Positions 19,603 to 28,315 of a stretch of 64,000 bases of DNA are shown in pieces. The translations under genes and the position numbers were made by a program. The DNA is from Candidatus Flemingiibacterium sp. (lineage in GTDB: Bacteria > Bacillota > Clostridia > Oscillospirales > CAG-272): positions 12,163 through 76,162 of the forward strand of contig JAZRPJ010000187.1 in the NCBI GenBank assembly GCA_045649205.1, given 5' to 3'. Under the pieces are notes generated by a model that worked only from the letters and a program-made list of their open reading frames with translations, ran no database searches and had not been told where the DNA came from. Every line of letters starts with the position of its first letter. Within the stretch, counting starts at the first letter, position 1.

Positions 19603-19687
19603 TGGTGGGAGAGGGTGGATTCGGACCACCGAAGTCAGTGACAACAGATTTACAGTCTGCCCCCTTTGGCCACTCGGGAACTCTCCC
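19603..19687 (-). tRNA. tRNA-Tyr (anticodon GTA), type II long variable arm, CCA encoded
   Basis: Minus strand: GGGAGAGTTCCCGAGTGGCCAAAGGGGGCAGACTGTAAATCTGTTGTCACTGACTTCGGTGGTCCGAATCCACCCTCTCCCACCA. The acceptor stem is perfect and the anticodon loop is CTGTAAA. The T-loop reads TCCGAAT, with C at position 55. Confidence 0.85.
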
Positions 19688-19706
19688 ATACTTATTTAGT
19701 TAAATA

Positions 19707-19730
19707 TTCTCGGTACCGAAGTACCGAGAA
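19707..19730 (-). other. 10-bp UUCG-loop hairpin between tRNA-Thr and tRNA-Tyr
   Basis: ttctcggtac cgaa gtaccgagaa. It starts 4 nt after the tRNA-Thr CCA end and may be a processing or attenuating structure. Confidence 0.5.
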
Positions 19731-19734
19731 TAAA

Positions 19735-19810
19735 TGGAGCTGGTGATGGGACTCGAACCCGCAACCTGCTGATTACAAATCAGCTGCTCTGCCAATTGAG
19801 CTACACCAGC
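19735..19810 (-). tRNA. tRNA-Thr (anticodon TGT), CCA encoded
   Basis: Minus strand: GCTGGTGTAGCTCAATTGGCAGAGCAGCTGATTTGTAATCAGCAGGTTGCGGGTTCGAGTCCCATCACCAGCTCCA. The cloverleaf was folded by hand. The T-stem has one C-A mismatch. Confidence 0.85.
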
Positions 19811-19828
19811 ATTTCCAGCGACTTTTAC

Positions 19829-19857
19829 AGTATAGCACGTCAAGTTTGTTTTGTCAA
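19829..19857 (-). promoter_or_regulatory. sigma-A promoter of the tRNA-Thr/Tyr operon
   Basis: The minus strand reads TTGACA (19857-19852), 17 nt, TATACT (19834-19829), with an A/T-rich UP-like tract upstream. The tRNA 5' end is about 18 nt downstream. Confidence 0.65.
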
Positions 19858-19923
19858 TAGTTTTTTTCAACTTTTTTAAAACTTTTTTGAAACGCTATAT
19901 TTTTGCAACAAATTACTTTAAAT

Positions 19924-19959
19924 AAAGGGTTATTTACCGGGTTAAGTAAATAACCCTTT
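19924..19959 (-). terminator. terminator of rpsT
   Basis: A 14-bp stem, aaagggttatttac / gtaaataacccttt. Confidence 0.6.
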
Positions 19960-19971
19960 TATTTTATAAGT

Positions 19972-20235
19972 TTATGCTAATGTAGCAAGCTTTGTTGCAA
20001 GCTGAGACTTTTTGCGGCTTACTGTATTCTTGTGATAAATACCCTTTGCTGCAGCCTGATCAAGCTTCTTTACGCAGTATGCGAATTCGCTTGTAGCAAG
20101 AGCCTTATCACCGGATTCTACCGCTGCGTCAAACTTCTTAAGAGCTGTCTTAATAGCGGACTTTGTCATCTTGTTCTGAAGAGTCTTTGTTTCGATAACG
20201 AGAACTCTCTTCTTTGCGGACTTAATGTTAGGCAA
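19972..20235 (-). CDS. rpsT: 30S ribosomal protein S20
   Basis: PNIKSAKKRVLV... The TTG at 20235, preceded by AGGAGGTG, gives the canonical (M)PNIKSAKKR N-terminus. The track start at 20253 is probably too long. Confidence 0.92.
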   Translation of the reverse strand: MPNIKSAKKRVLVIETKTLQNKMTKSAIKTALKKFDAAVESGDKALATSEFAYCVKKLDQAAAKGIYHKNTVSRKKSQLATKLATLA

Positions 20236-20310
20236 AACACTCACCTCCTGCAAGGTTAAATAATAAATTTATCTAAAGGAGAACACGGCTTCTCCAAATA
20301 GGCAAGGTGT

Positions 20311-20339
20311 ATTCTAACACACATTTTTTCAAAAAGCAA
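20311..20339 (-). promoter_or_regulatory. sigma-A-type promoter candidate for rpsT
   Basis: The minus strand reads TTGCTT (20339-20334), 17 nt, TAGAAT (20316-20311), with an upstream TG. Confidence 0.5.
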
Positions 20340-20378
20340 GTGTTTTTTTGCGACTTTTTGAAATTTTTCACAAATTAG

Positions 20379-20407
20379 TTGTAATAAATGTGCCTGTGTG
20401 CTAAAAT
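20379..20407 (+). promoter_or_regulatory. sigma-A-type promoter candidate for 20462-22815
   Basis: TTGTAA (20379-20384), 17 nt, TAAAAT (20402-20407), with a TGc extended -10. Confidence 0.5.
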
Positions 20408-20461
20408 AAGTACAGTTATTACATATTAAAATACATAAATTAACGAAAGGCAAGATTTGTT

Positions 20462-21307
20462 ATGAGGTTACCCAAATTCAGACTTTTTGATTACGAAACT
20501 CCCGGCCCCGGTGTTGAAAAGGATGCTCCCGAAAAAACAGGGTTCGCTCTTTTCTGGGATATTTTCTCCCGCAGAGTGTGGAAAATGATTTCACTTAACG
20601 CAATGTATGCGCTGTTTTCCGTGCCGAGTTTCCTTATACATTGGTTTATGATTTACTTTACGCTCACGCTTATTACTTCCGAGCAGATAGTCGCCGACGC
20701 TACAGGCACAGCTGTTATCCAGATAACATATCTCACAACAAGCCTTGCCATTGTGCTTTATGCACTTTTTGGCGGCGGCGCTGTGACAAGCGGCATGACA
20801 TATGTGCTCCGTCAATACAGAAAGGACACCCATTCATGGCTCTGGACGGATTTCATTTCAACATACAAGAAGTATTTTGTTAAAAGCACAATTGTTTTTG
20901 TAATCGACAGCATCCTTCTTTTCCTTTGCGGCATTAATTTTTATTTCTATGGAATGTTCGCAGGCGAAAATATTATAGCCTATCTTCTTCAAGGGTTAAT
21001 GATAGTTATTTTCCTCATTTTCCTTCTTATGCATTCCTACATTTACACCTTGCTTGTATCCTACGAAAAAATGTCAATCCGTGACATTTACAAAAATTCG
21101 TTCATTCTCGCTATAGGTAAATTACCCGTAACCTTTTCTGCTGTTGCCATAAGCTCTCTTATCTGTGCTCTGGTTGCATATCTGTGCTTCGGGCTTATCT
21201 ATGCAATTATTATAGTAGGCGTAATTCTTTTTGCTTTTGTATCCTTTGTAAATATGTTCATAACATATCCTACTGTTGAAAAATATCTCGGAAAAAGTAA
21301 CAGCTAA
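20462..21307 (+). CDS. YesL-like (DUF624) integral membrane protein
   Basis: The polytopic profile and the N-terminal FWDIFSRRVWKMISLNAMYALFSVP segment resemble DUF624. This is from memory only. Confidence 0.45.
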   Translation: MRLPKFRLFDYETPGPGVEKDAPEKTGFALFWDIFSRRVWKMISLNAMYALFSVPSFLIHWFMIYFTLTLITSEQIVADATGTAVIQITYLTTSLAIVLYALFGGGAVTSGMTYVLRQYRKDTHSWLWTDFISTYKKYFVKSTIVFVIDSILLFLCGINFYFYGMFAGENIIAYLLQGLMIVIFLIFLLMHSYIYTLLVSYEKMSIRDIYKNSFILAIGKLPVTFSAVAISSLICALVAYLCFGLIYAIIIVGVILFAFVSFVNMFITYPTVEKYLGKSNS

Positions 21308-21318
21308 GGAGCAAATCC

Positions 21319-22815
21319 ATGAAAAAACAATCCTTTATCACAGGTGCATTTCTTCTTGCCGCGGCGACAGGTCTCGGCAAGATTTTTTCCGCAATATTTA
21401 AAATACCCTTGGACAGGATCTTTCTTCACGCAGAAGGCATGGCTGTTTTCAATGGGGCGTATAACGTGTACATGTTCTTCTTTGCAGCAGCAACCGCAGG
21501 CATTCCTCTGGCAATATCCCAGATGATAGCCGCTTCTGACACAAAGGACGAGGAGAACACCGTCATGTCAACAGCTTTGGTGTTCACGGTGTCGGTATTG
21601 ACAGTTGCAGCCCTTGTCATCTTTTTCTTTGCAGAGCCTATCGCAGACTTTATAGGGCTCAGCGAGTGTGCTCCTGCTTTCCGGGTAATTTCGCCCGCAC
21701 TTTTTTTCTGTGGTATAACAGCGTCCCTCCGAGGCTATTTCCAGGGCAAAATGAACATGACCCCCTCGGCATTAAGCCAGGTTTCTGACTCTTTCGGCAG
21801 GCTTCTGGCAGGCTTCTCGGGAGCATTTCTTCTGCTGCATTCCCCTCTGTGGGCTACCTGTGCAGGCGCCACAAGCGGTGTTCCCTTCGGAGCAATGCTT
21901 TCTGCGCTTATTCTCATTGTTGCGGCGAAACAGTCTCATTTACATATAAAATACTCATTTTCGCTTAAACAGTTGAAAAGGTTGCTTGCAATTTCGTTGC
22001 CCATCACAATTACAGCCTCGCTCCACCCTATTTTCAATATGACGGACACATTCACAGTTGTTCCCACACTTAAAGCAGCCGCCTTTCCCTCTGCTCAGAC
22101 TGCTTTCGGTTGTCTGTCCCGTGCGACAACGCTTTATGCTCTGCCTGTATCAATAGCCACTGCAGTGGCCGCAAGTGTGCTTCCGGCTGTGGCAGAGCAC
22201 ACAAAAAAAGGTGACAGTGAACACATTAACCGTGACGCATCCATGGCAATAAGGCTGGCGCTTGCAATTTCGTTGCCCTGTGCTGCGGGCTTTATGGCAA
22301 TTCCTAAAGGTATACTTCACTTTTTGTTTGATAACAGCACCAACCACCTGTCATTGGTCTTCATCGCCCTTTCGGCGGTATTCCTTTCTGTGGGAGAGGT
22401 GATTGCCTGCATTCTTCAAGGAGCCGGCAAGGTGGGTTGCACGGTTATAACCGCAACAATTGCCATAGCTGTTAAAGCTGTATTTAACATTATTTTTATA
22501 CATTTATGGGGCATCAACGGTGCGGCAGTTTCAACGATGCTTTCCTACCTGGTATTCCTTGTGCTTCTTCTCGTTTCTTTGAGAAGGTTCACCCCCGTAA
22601 GACTTGGTTTTACGCCACATGCTTTAAAGCCGCTTCTGTGCGGTGTGCTTTGCTTTGCTGCAGCATATATGGTGTCGCTGCGCTTTTCCACACTCATGTC
22701 CATAATTGCTGCCGCTCTGGTATATATTCCTGCAGTTTTTATTACGGGCTTTATTAAAATCGACGAAATAAATCAAATTTTTTCAGGTCATAAAATTGAA
22801 TATGACAGCCACTAA
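21319..22815 (+). CDS. MOP-superfamily oligosaccharide/lipid II flippase (SpoVB/YabM/MurJ-like polysaccharide biosynthesis protein)
   Basis: 498 aa with about 12-14 TM segments. The N-terminus KQSFITGAFLLAAATGLGKIFSAIFKIPL and LRGYFQG are typical of this family. Confidence 0.75.
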   Translation: MKKQSFITGAFLLAAATGLGKIFSAIFKIPLDRIFLHAEGMAVFNGAYNVYMFFFAAATAGIPLAISQMIAASDTKDEENTVMSTALVFTVSVLTVAALVIFFFAEPIADFIGLSECAPAFRVISPALFFCGITASLRGYFQGKMNMTPSALSQVSDSFGRLLAGFSGAFLLLHSPLWATCAGATSGVPFGAMLSALILIVAAKQSHLHIKYSFSLKQLKRLLAISLPITITASLHPIFNMTDTFTVVPTLKAAAFPSAQTAFGCLSRATTLYALPVSIATAVAASVLPAVAEHTKKGDSEHINRDASMAIRLALAISLPCAAGFMAIPKGILHFLFDNSTNHLSLVFIALSAVFLSVGEVIACILQGAGKVGCTVITATIAIAVKAVFNIIFIHLWGINGAAVSTMLSYLVFLVLLLVSLRRFTPVRLGFTPHALKPLLCGVLCFAAAYMVSLRFSTLMSIIAAALVYIPAVFITGFIKIDEINQIFSGHKIEYDSH

Positions 22816-22904
22816 AACCCGATATTACTAGGTTTCAGCCATTTGAAAATGCGACTAAATCCTCCATAATTCTTCAAAAATTATCAAATTTTTTCAAAAA
22901 CATC

Positions 22905-22933
22905 TTGTGCTACTCTACTTTTTTTGGTACAAT
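22905..22933 (+). promoter_or_regulatory. sigma-A-type promoter candidate for hup
   Basis: TTGTGC (22905-22910), 17 nt, TACAAT (22928-22933), with a TGg extended -10. Confidence 0.5.
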
Positions 22934-22975
22934 TATAGCCAAGAAAGCATAATATTTGCATGGAGGAGAAATTTT

Positions 22976-23248
22976 ATGAATAAGGCAACACTTATTGCTA
23001 AGGTCGCTCAGGCCAAGGGGATGTCGAAAAAAGAGACAGAAGAAATCTTCAACGCTTTTCTTGACACAATTGTTGATACAGTAAACAACGGTGAAAAGGT
23101 ACAGATTGTGGGCTTCGGTACATTTGAAGTTAAAACACGTGCAGGTAGAATCTGTAAGGTTCCCGGCACAAATGTGGAAGTAACTGTTCCCGATTCCAAA
23201 ATTCCCACATTCAAGGCAGGCAAAGTATTTAAAGAAAAGGTAAGATAA
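22976..23248 (+). CDS. hup: HU family DNA-binding protein
   Basis: MNKATLIAKVAQAKGMSKKETEEIFNAFLDTI...GFGTFEVKTRAGR. RBS GGAGGAGA precedes the ATG at 22976. The track start at 22907 is too long. Confidence 0.93.
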   Translation: MNKATLIAKVAQAKGMSKKETEEIFNAFLDTIVDTVNNGEKVQIVGFGTFEVKTRAGRICKVPGTNVEVTVPDSKIPTFKAGKVFKEKVR

Positions 23249-23250
23249 AT

Positions 23251-23283
23251 AAAAAAGGAAGGTTGTACCTTCCTTTTTTTGTT
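23251..23283. terminator. bidirectional terminator (hup / ypeB)
   Basis: aaggaaggt tgt accttcctt, flanked by AAAAAA and TTTTTTT. Confidence 0.75.
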
Positions 23284-23331
23284 GCGTTCATATTTTTCTT
23301 GGCACAGGTGCAAGCCTACTGCTTTTTTTGT

Positions 23332-24648
23332 TTACACCGCAAGAGTTCCCGTTTCCGATTCGATTAAAATAAACAGTCTCTCCTCGGCACCGGTTTGTGT
23401 ATTTACATAAATAAGGCACCGTCTGTCCTCAACTTTGCCTTCAATCTGCCAACAGAAATGCTCGCTGCCGCCGTCTGAGGGAATAACCGCAAGAGAGCTT
23501 GAGAGAATTTCCACATGGCTGTTAACCTTGCTTTTTGCCGTCTCTTCACTTACTTTTATATGGGGAATATCTCTTTTTGTGTGGTGCATAAGATAACCCC
23601 TTGTTTCGCAGCCCACAACCTCGCAGGTGTCAAGGGCAACCTTCACCTTCACAAGGTCAGGATAGAGAGTGTAACCGTTTTGCACCGCAGCATAGTTAAT
23701 GACAGCCACGTCAGACACAATCTCATAGTAGCTTTCCTTCATGTCCTTGAAGCCCTGCTTTTCCAGAAACATTGTTGCTGTGAGCTTTGCATCACTCATG
23801 GTATATTTCGCCTGGGCAACATCACGGTCATTGAGGTAAGACAGAAGATATCCGCCCTGCTTTGTTATAACAACGCTGCTCTGACCGTTCTCGTGGTAAA
23901 AATAGTATGCAGGGACATTTCCCGCTTCCTCGGAGTAGAGAAAGTCACTTTGTCCGGTAATTTCCTTAACCTTTTCCAGGGCTGTTTCCGGGCTTACATC
24001 CTTCATTCCCTCCAGAAACAAAGGTTTTGTGTCTGTCAGATGCGACGAAAACGGACCATCGTAAATAAGTGCAGGATAGTCGTGAAGCCCTGTTTCCAAT
24101 TCTCCCAGAGCCTTATCAATTCCGCTTGGCGCAGCACCTTGTGCACTGCGGCTTATGTCAAGCTCGCCGTTATACAGTGCCTCCAGGTCAGAATCCAGGC
24201 TTTCAGCAACGGTCTGTGCATATTTTTCCAAAGAAACCAGGTTCTGATACTCCTCCTCAGAAACACCCTCCCCTTGAAGCATTTTAAAGGAAAGTGTGTA
24301 GGCGTAATTTCCTACCTGATTGAGAAACTCGCCAAGATGCTCCAATGGCTCTGTCTGAAGCGGCAGCATGGCAAGGTTTGACGACGCCATGGATGCCTGG
24401 CGGTAAATTTCGCCCGACAGCCTGAGCATCTGCCCGGGGTCATTTACAAACTTACTTTTTTCAAGCCCGAGCTGCAAGTCGTCAACATACTGCACTACCT
24501 CGGTAAAGCATCTCTGGTAGTCCATTTTAATTTCCCGCTTTGCCCTTTCAAGCTCCATATCCCTGTTTATGCCCCAGATGAGAGCTAAAATCAGCAGCAG
24601 TCCTACCGCTCCCATAAGTATTCCCGATGTTTTAAATCTCTCTCTCAC
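23332..24648 (-). CDS. ypeB: germination protein YpeB
   Basis: An N-terminal TM segment. The region ...MDYQRCFTEVVQYVDDLQLGLEKS...MLPL...LEHLGEFLNQVGNYAY is collinear with B. subtilis YpeB (NNYQRAFHELTYQVDQL...LPL...EEFLSKIGDFSY). The C-terminal part is PepSY-like. Confidence 0.75.
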   Translation of the reverse strand: MRERFKTSGILMGAVGLLLILALIWGINRDMELERAKREIKMDYQRCFTEVVQYVDDLQLGLEKSKFVNDPGQMLRLSGEIYRQASMASSNLAMLPLQTEPLEHLGEFLNQVGNYAYTLSFKMLQGEGVSEEEYQNLVSLEKYAQTVAESLDSDLEALYNGELDISRSAQGAAPSGIDKALGELETGLHDYPALIYDGPFSSHLTDTKPLFLEGMKDVSPETALEKVKEITGQSDFLYSEEAGNVPAYYFYHENGQSSVVITKQGGYLLSYLNDRDVAQAKYTMSDAKLTATMFLEKQGFKDMKESYYEIVSDVAVINYAAVQNGYTLYPDLVKVKVALDTCEVVGCETRGYLMHHTKRDIPHIKVSEETAKSKVNSHVEILSSSLAVIPSDGGSEHFCWQIEGKVEDRRCLIYVNTQTGAEERLFILIESETGTLAV

Positions 24649-24767
24649 GTTAATTCTCCTTAAGAAATTCTTATATCGGTATTTTATCTTTTTTGTAAAC
24701 TTTTTATACTTTTCATTTACTTTTTTATCCTTTTGGTATACTATCTACTTGTCAGGAGGTGTTCTGT

Positions 24768-25862
24768 ATGAGCAAAAAATGGCTTAAGGCAGAGAGTATT
24801 GCAAAAAAAATTCTTATATCTGCCGTCCTTTCGGGTGCGGCAATACTTTTATTTATATGTATTCCCAGAATTCTGAGTCTGCTTCTGCCCTTTGTTATTG
24901 CATACATCATTTCTCTTATCGCCTCTCCCCTTACCCATGTTTTTGAAAAAATAAAGCTACCCAGAGCTTTGAGCGCCATAACTGCAATTTTGTTCGTTGC
25001 GGCGGCTCTGTTCGGAGTTTCGGCATTGATTATCAGTAAGCTTATAGGCGAGCTTTACGACTTTTCTGTGCATTTGCCAGAGCTTCTGGCCTCAATGGAG
25101 GGCACGCTGTCGAGCTTAAGAATTGCCGCTGTAGACATTTTTGCAATTTTGCCCGACATTTTTAAAGGTATTGATACGCCAAGCGTTCTCAACAGCCTGA
25201 AAGATTCACTTTCAACACTTTCCGCCACTACTGTGGAGGCAATTTCAAGTGCCACAATTAACGGTGTGAAGCACATTCCCGGAATACTGATAGCATTTGT
25301 GTTTTCAATTCTGGCATCATACTTCCTTATCCGTGATAAAAAAATAGTAAAAGCAAATATTGCATCGGCGCTGGGCGAGAACCTCTCGGGTAAAATCAGG
25401 GAAATCAAAGCATATCTTTCCGAGGCTGTCTTTGCCTATATAAAAGCGCAGAGCATTCTTATGAGCATAACTTTTGCTGAGGTTTTTATAGCACTGTCAA
25501 TTCTTAAAGTAAACTACAGCTTCCTGTTCGCTCTTATCATAGCCTTGATTGACGCTATTCCCGTGTTCGGAACAGGCACCGTGCTCATTCCCTGGTCAAT
25601 TTACCACCTCATAACAGGCAATTTTACCATGGCGCTTTCACTTTTAGCACTTTACGCAGTCTGTCTTGTTGTGCGCCAGTTCTTGGAGCCGAAAATTCTG
25701 TCAACGCAGATTGGCATTCATCCGCTGCTGACACTTCTTTCCATGTACATCGGCTACAGACTGATAGGTATTTTCGGCATGATTTTAGGCCCCCTCACCG
25801 CACTTGTTACAAAAAATATTTTTAAAAAATACAACGAAAGTCACACAAAAACACCCGAGTAA
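24768..25862 (+). CDS. ytvI: AI-2E family transporter (sporulation integral membrane protein YtvI-like)
   Basis: Polytopic, with ...DAIPVFGTGTVLIPW... and ...GIHPLLTLLSMYIGY..., typical of AI-2E/PerM. The ATG at 24768 follows AGGAGGTG. Confidence 0.7.
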   Translation: MSKKWLKAESIAKKILISAVLSGAAILLFICIPRILSLLLPFVIAYIISLIASPLTHVFEKIKLPRALSAITAILFVAAALFGVSALIISKLIGELYDFSVHLPELLASMEGTLSSLRIAAVDIFAILPDIFKGIDTPSVLNSLKDSLSTLSATTVEAISSATINGVKHIPGILIAFVFSILASYFLIRDKKIVKANIASALGENLSGKIREIKAYLSEAVFAYIKAQSILMSITFAEVFIALSILKVNYSFLFALIIALIDAIPVFGTGTVLIPWSIYHLITGNFTMALSLLALYAVCLVVRQFLEPKILSTQIGIHPLLTLLSMYIGYRLIGIFGMILGPLTALVTKNIFKKYNESHTKTPE

Positions 25863-25863
25863 A

Positions 25864-26664
25864 TCACTCGGGTGTTTTAAATTTTTCAACTATTTCTTCG
25901 CATTTGCCCTTTCTCAGAAGAAAAAGTGCAAGCATGGACAGAACGAAAAACGGGGTAAGATTAAACAGGGTTATTTCTCCGATTGCATCTGCTGCCGAAC
26001 CGTTATTCAATGTAAAGCTTGCTCCGAAAAGACTTGCCGCATCTGCAAGGGTATGCATGATAATAAGCGCCCACAAGCTTCCGCCACGAAGATACACCGC
26101 AGCAAAGTAAAAGCCTGCCCCCATTGCCACAACGGACTGTATTACAACACTAAAAGGGTCTATGTCCAGCAAAAGGTTTACCAGATGCATCAGCCCGAAC
26201 ATAACGCCGGATGCCATCACCGTGATATAAATGCCTTTTTTATCCTTTATATATTTTTTCGCAATGTTGTTTACTACAACCCCACGGAATATGCTTTCTT
26301 CGCGGAAGCCTATTCCAAAAAGAGTAACAACCCCAAGAGCTATTCCCACAGGTGTTCTCCATACGGTTTCCTCAGAGAAAAAGGCTTCTGCAAACATGAT
26401 AATGAAAAGAAACACCTGGCTTCCCAGCATGTATCCGCCTGCACCAAAGGTTTTTAGCATTGAACCATTTTTATAAACCGCCAAATCAGAAAAGGCGAGC
26501 ACAAATAAAAATGGTATCAGAATATGTACGGTTTCATATGCAAAAAGCGACAAAACTCCATCTCCGAATATCCAGAGATTACCCACAAGTCTTATCAGGA
26601 TTAAAAATACCACCGATATAACCGCCGATGAAATTATCGGGAATTTTTTTACAACTATTTTCAT
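25864..26664 (-). CDS. CPBP-family intramembrane glutamic endopeptidase
   Basis: Motifs EESIFRGVV, FGLMH and HTLAD in a polytopic protein. Confidence 0.8.
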   Translation of the reverse strand: MKIVVKKFPIISSAVISVVFLILIRLVGNLWIFGDGVLSLFAYETVHILIPFLFVLAFSDLAVYKNGSMLKTFGAGGYMLGSQVFLFIIMFAEAFFSEETVWRTPVGIALGVVTLFGIGFREESIFRGVVVNNIAKKYIKDKKGIYITVMASGVMFGLMHLVNLLLDIDPFSVVIQSVVAMGAGFYFAAVYLRGGSLWALIIMHTLADAASLFGASFTLNNGSAADAIGEITLFNLTPFFVLSMLALFLLRKGKCEEIVEKFKTPE

Positions 26665-26739
26665 GTCTACATCTCCTTAACATTATTATACAGAAGGGCA
26701 ATTTTCTTGTCAAGCAGGGCTTTTTTCAGCATTTTTCTG

Positions 26740-26768
26740 TTGAAATCCCGCTTTTTATATGGTATTAT
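26740..26768 (+). promoter_or_regulatory. sigma-A-type promoter candidate for the ET-repeat protein gene
   Basis: TTGAAA (26740-26745), 17 nt, TATTAT (26763-26768), with a TGg extended -10. Confidence 0.5.
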
Positions 26769-26824
26769 ATAAATGAGTAATTATGTAGATAATTTCTTCA
26801 AATATATTAATGAGGTGAAAAACC

Positions 26825-28315
26825 ATGAAAAGGAGAATCGCACTGCTTACAGCATTCTTTGTGCTTATATCTGCACTGTCCGCTTTTGCCGCAGGCTTTG
26901 CCGATATGCCAAAGGAAGACAGTAAGTTTTTCAAAGCATTTGAATATGCTCTCAACAAAAAGCTTATCTCAGGCGACGGCACAAAGCTTAATCCCGACAG
27001 CTTGATTACATATGCCGAAGCTTTAACCATTATTTCGCGTGTTAAACCCTTTGAATGTGAAGAAACAGATGTTACAGCCTTTGGCATATCGAAGGATAAG
27101 TGGTATTACACCACTGTTGCAAAGGCATACACCTTAGGCTATATTAAGCCTGATGCGCACGGTGCAATCAATGCAGAGGGTTATGTGCCCAAAGGCGCCG
27201 CGTATTCCATGATTGCTACATTGTTCAACAAGGTGCCCTCACCCGTTGCTGATAACAGTTCGTGCACAAGAGCAGACTTTGTGTGGGAAATTTATTTCCA
27301 GGCACCTGACGGTTATCAGGCAAGTATGCAGACACCTACTGAACCTTCCACACAAATTGCAACAGAAGAAGCAACCGAAGCTAACACAGAGTTTTCTGAC
27401 CTCCGCGCCAAGAAAGCTCAGGAGGATATGCAGGTTGCGTTGGGTATACGTGCAGACGGTTCCAGCTATGTAACAAAAGCTGTTTACACCGACAGCTCCC
27501 AGACAGACTGGGCAAGTGGCAAAATAACAGGTGGTTCTTCTTCAAGCCGCCCCTCCGGTGGCTCCTCTTCAAACCGTCCTTCAGGCGGAAACGATGATGA
27601 CGACGATGAGGAAGAAGAAACACAGGCTCCTACAGAAGCTCCTACAGAGCCCGATGATAACGAAGAAGAAACACAGGCTCCTACAGAGCCTCCCACTGAG
27701 ATAGAAACACCCGAGCCCACTTACGGCGAATATGACGGACCTATTGACAACGACAAGGATAATGTTATAGACGATCCCTTCGACGACGGTTGGAGACCCC
27801 CGGGATGGGTTGGCGGCGAAGACGATGATGACGATTCCGACAGCGGCTCCGACAGCGGCTCCAATGGCGGTTGGGATGCTGAAGACGATGACTTCAACAT
27901 TAATGACGACGATGACCCCGATTACCAGCCCGAGACCGAAACAGAGACTGAAACAGAGACCGAAACGGAGACTGAAACTGAAACTGAAACAGAGACAGAA
28001 ACTGAAACTGAAACCGAAACGGAGACTGAAACAGAGACTGAAACAGAGACTGAAACAGAAACCGAAACCGAAACAGAAACAGAAACAGAAACTGAGACTG
28101 AAACTGAAACAGAGACTGAGACAGAGACCGAAACTGAAACAGAGACTGAAACTGAAACTGAAACAGAAACTGAGACAGACGAAGTTCCTTCAACAGAGCC
28201 CGAAGAGGAAGCCGGTGACACCACAGAAGAAGATAACTCCGATAATAAGGATGAGGACGACAGTGTTTCCAGCTTGCTTGCACTATTCTTTTCAAAGGAA
28301 TGGTGGTTTAGTTGA
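26825..28315 (+). CDS. secreted, highly acidic low-complexity protein with two SLH-like N-terminal repeats and a (Glu-Thr)41 array
   Basis: Signal peptide MKRRIALLTAFFVLISALSAFA. FADMP...LISGDGTKLNPDSLITYAEALTII resembles an SLH repeat. D/E/S/G/P-rich tracts follow, then 82 strictly alternating E/T residues. There is no LPXTG. Confidence 0.7.
   Translation: MKRRIALLTAFFVLISALSAFAAGFADMPKEDSKFFKAFEYALNKKLISGDGTKLNPDSLITYAEALTIISRVKPFECEETDVTAFGISKDKWYYTTVAKAYTLGYIKPDAHGAINAEGYVPKGAAYSMIATLFNKVPSPVADNSSCTRADFVWEIYFQAPDGYQASMQTPTEPSTQIATEEATEANTEFSDLRAKKAQEDMQVALGIRADGSSYVTKAVYTDSSQTDWASGKITGGSSSSRPSGGSSSNRPSGGNDDDDDEEEETQAPTEAPTEPDDNEEETQAPTEPPTEIETPEPTYGEYDGPIDNDKDNVIDDPFDDGWRPPGWVGGEDDDDDSDSGSDSGSNGGWDAEDDDFNINDDDDPDYQPETETETETETETETETETETETETETETETETETETETETETETETETETETETETETETETETETETETETETETETETETDEVPSTEPEEEAGDTTEEDNSDNKDEDDSVSSLLALFFSKEWWFS
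27932..28177 (+). repeat. 41 consecutive GAR-ACN (Glu-Thr) dicodon repeats, in frame
   Basis: Counted from the sequence as codons 370-451 of the ORF. Synonymous codons are mixed (gag/gaa; acc/aca/act/acg). Confidence 0.95.

Noticed and set aside
19435-19703. Three 64-75-aa plus-strand ORFs
   Set aside because: They overlap tRNA-Tyr, its terminator and the structured element, and have no RBS. This is RNA-gene territory.
23515-24381. 288-aa plus-strand ORF
   Set aside because: It lies antisense to ypeB, with no RBS and no domain. It is a shadow ORF.
27932-28177. Possible CRISPR or non-coding microsatellite
   Set aside because: The period is 6 nt with no spacers. The array is in frame inside a long ORF and has synonymous-codon variation, so it is a coding dipeptide repeat.
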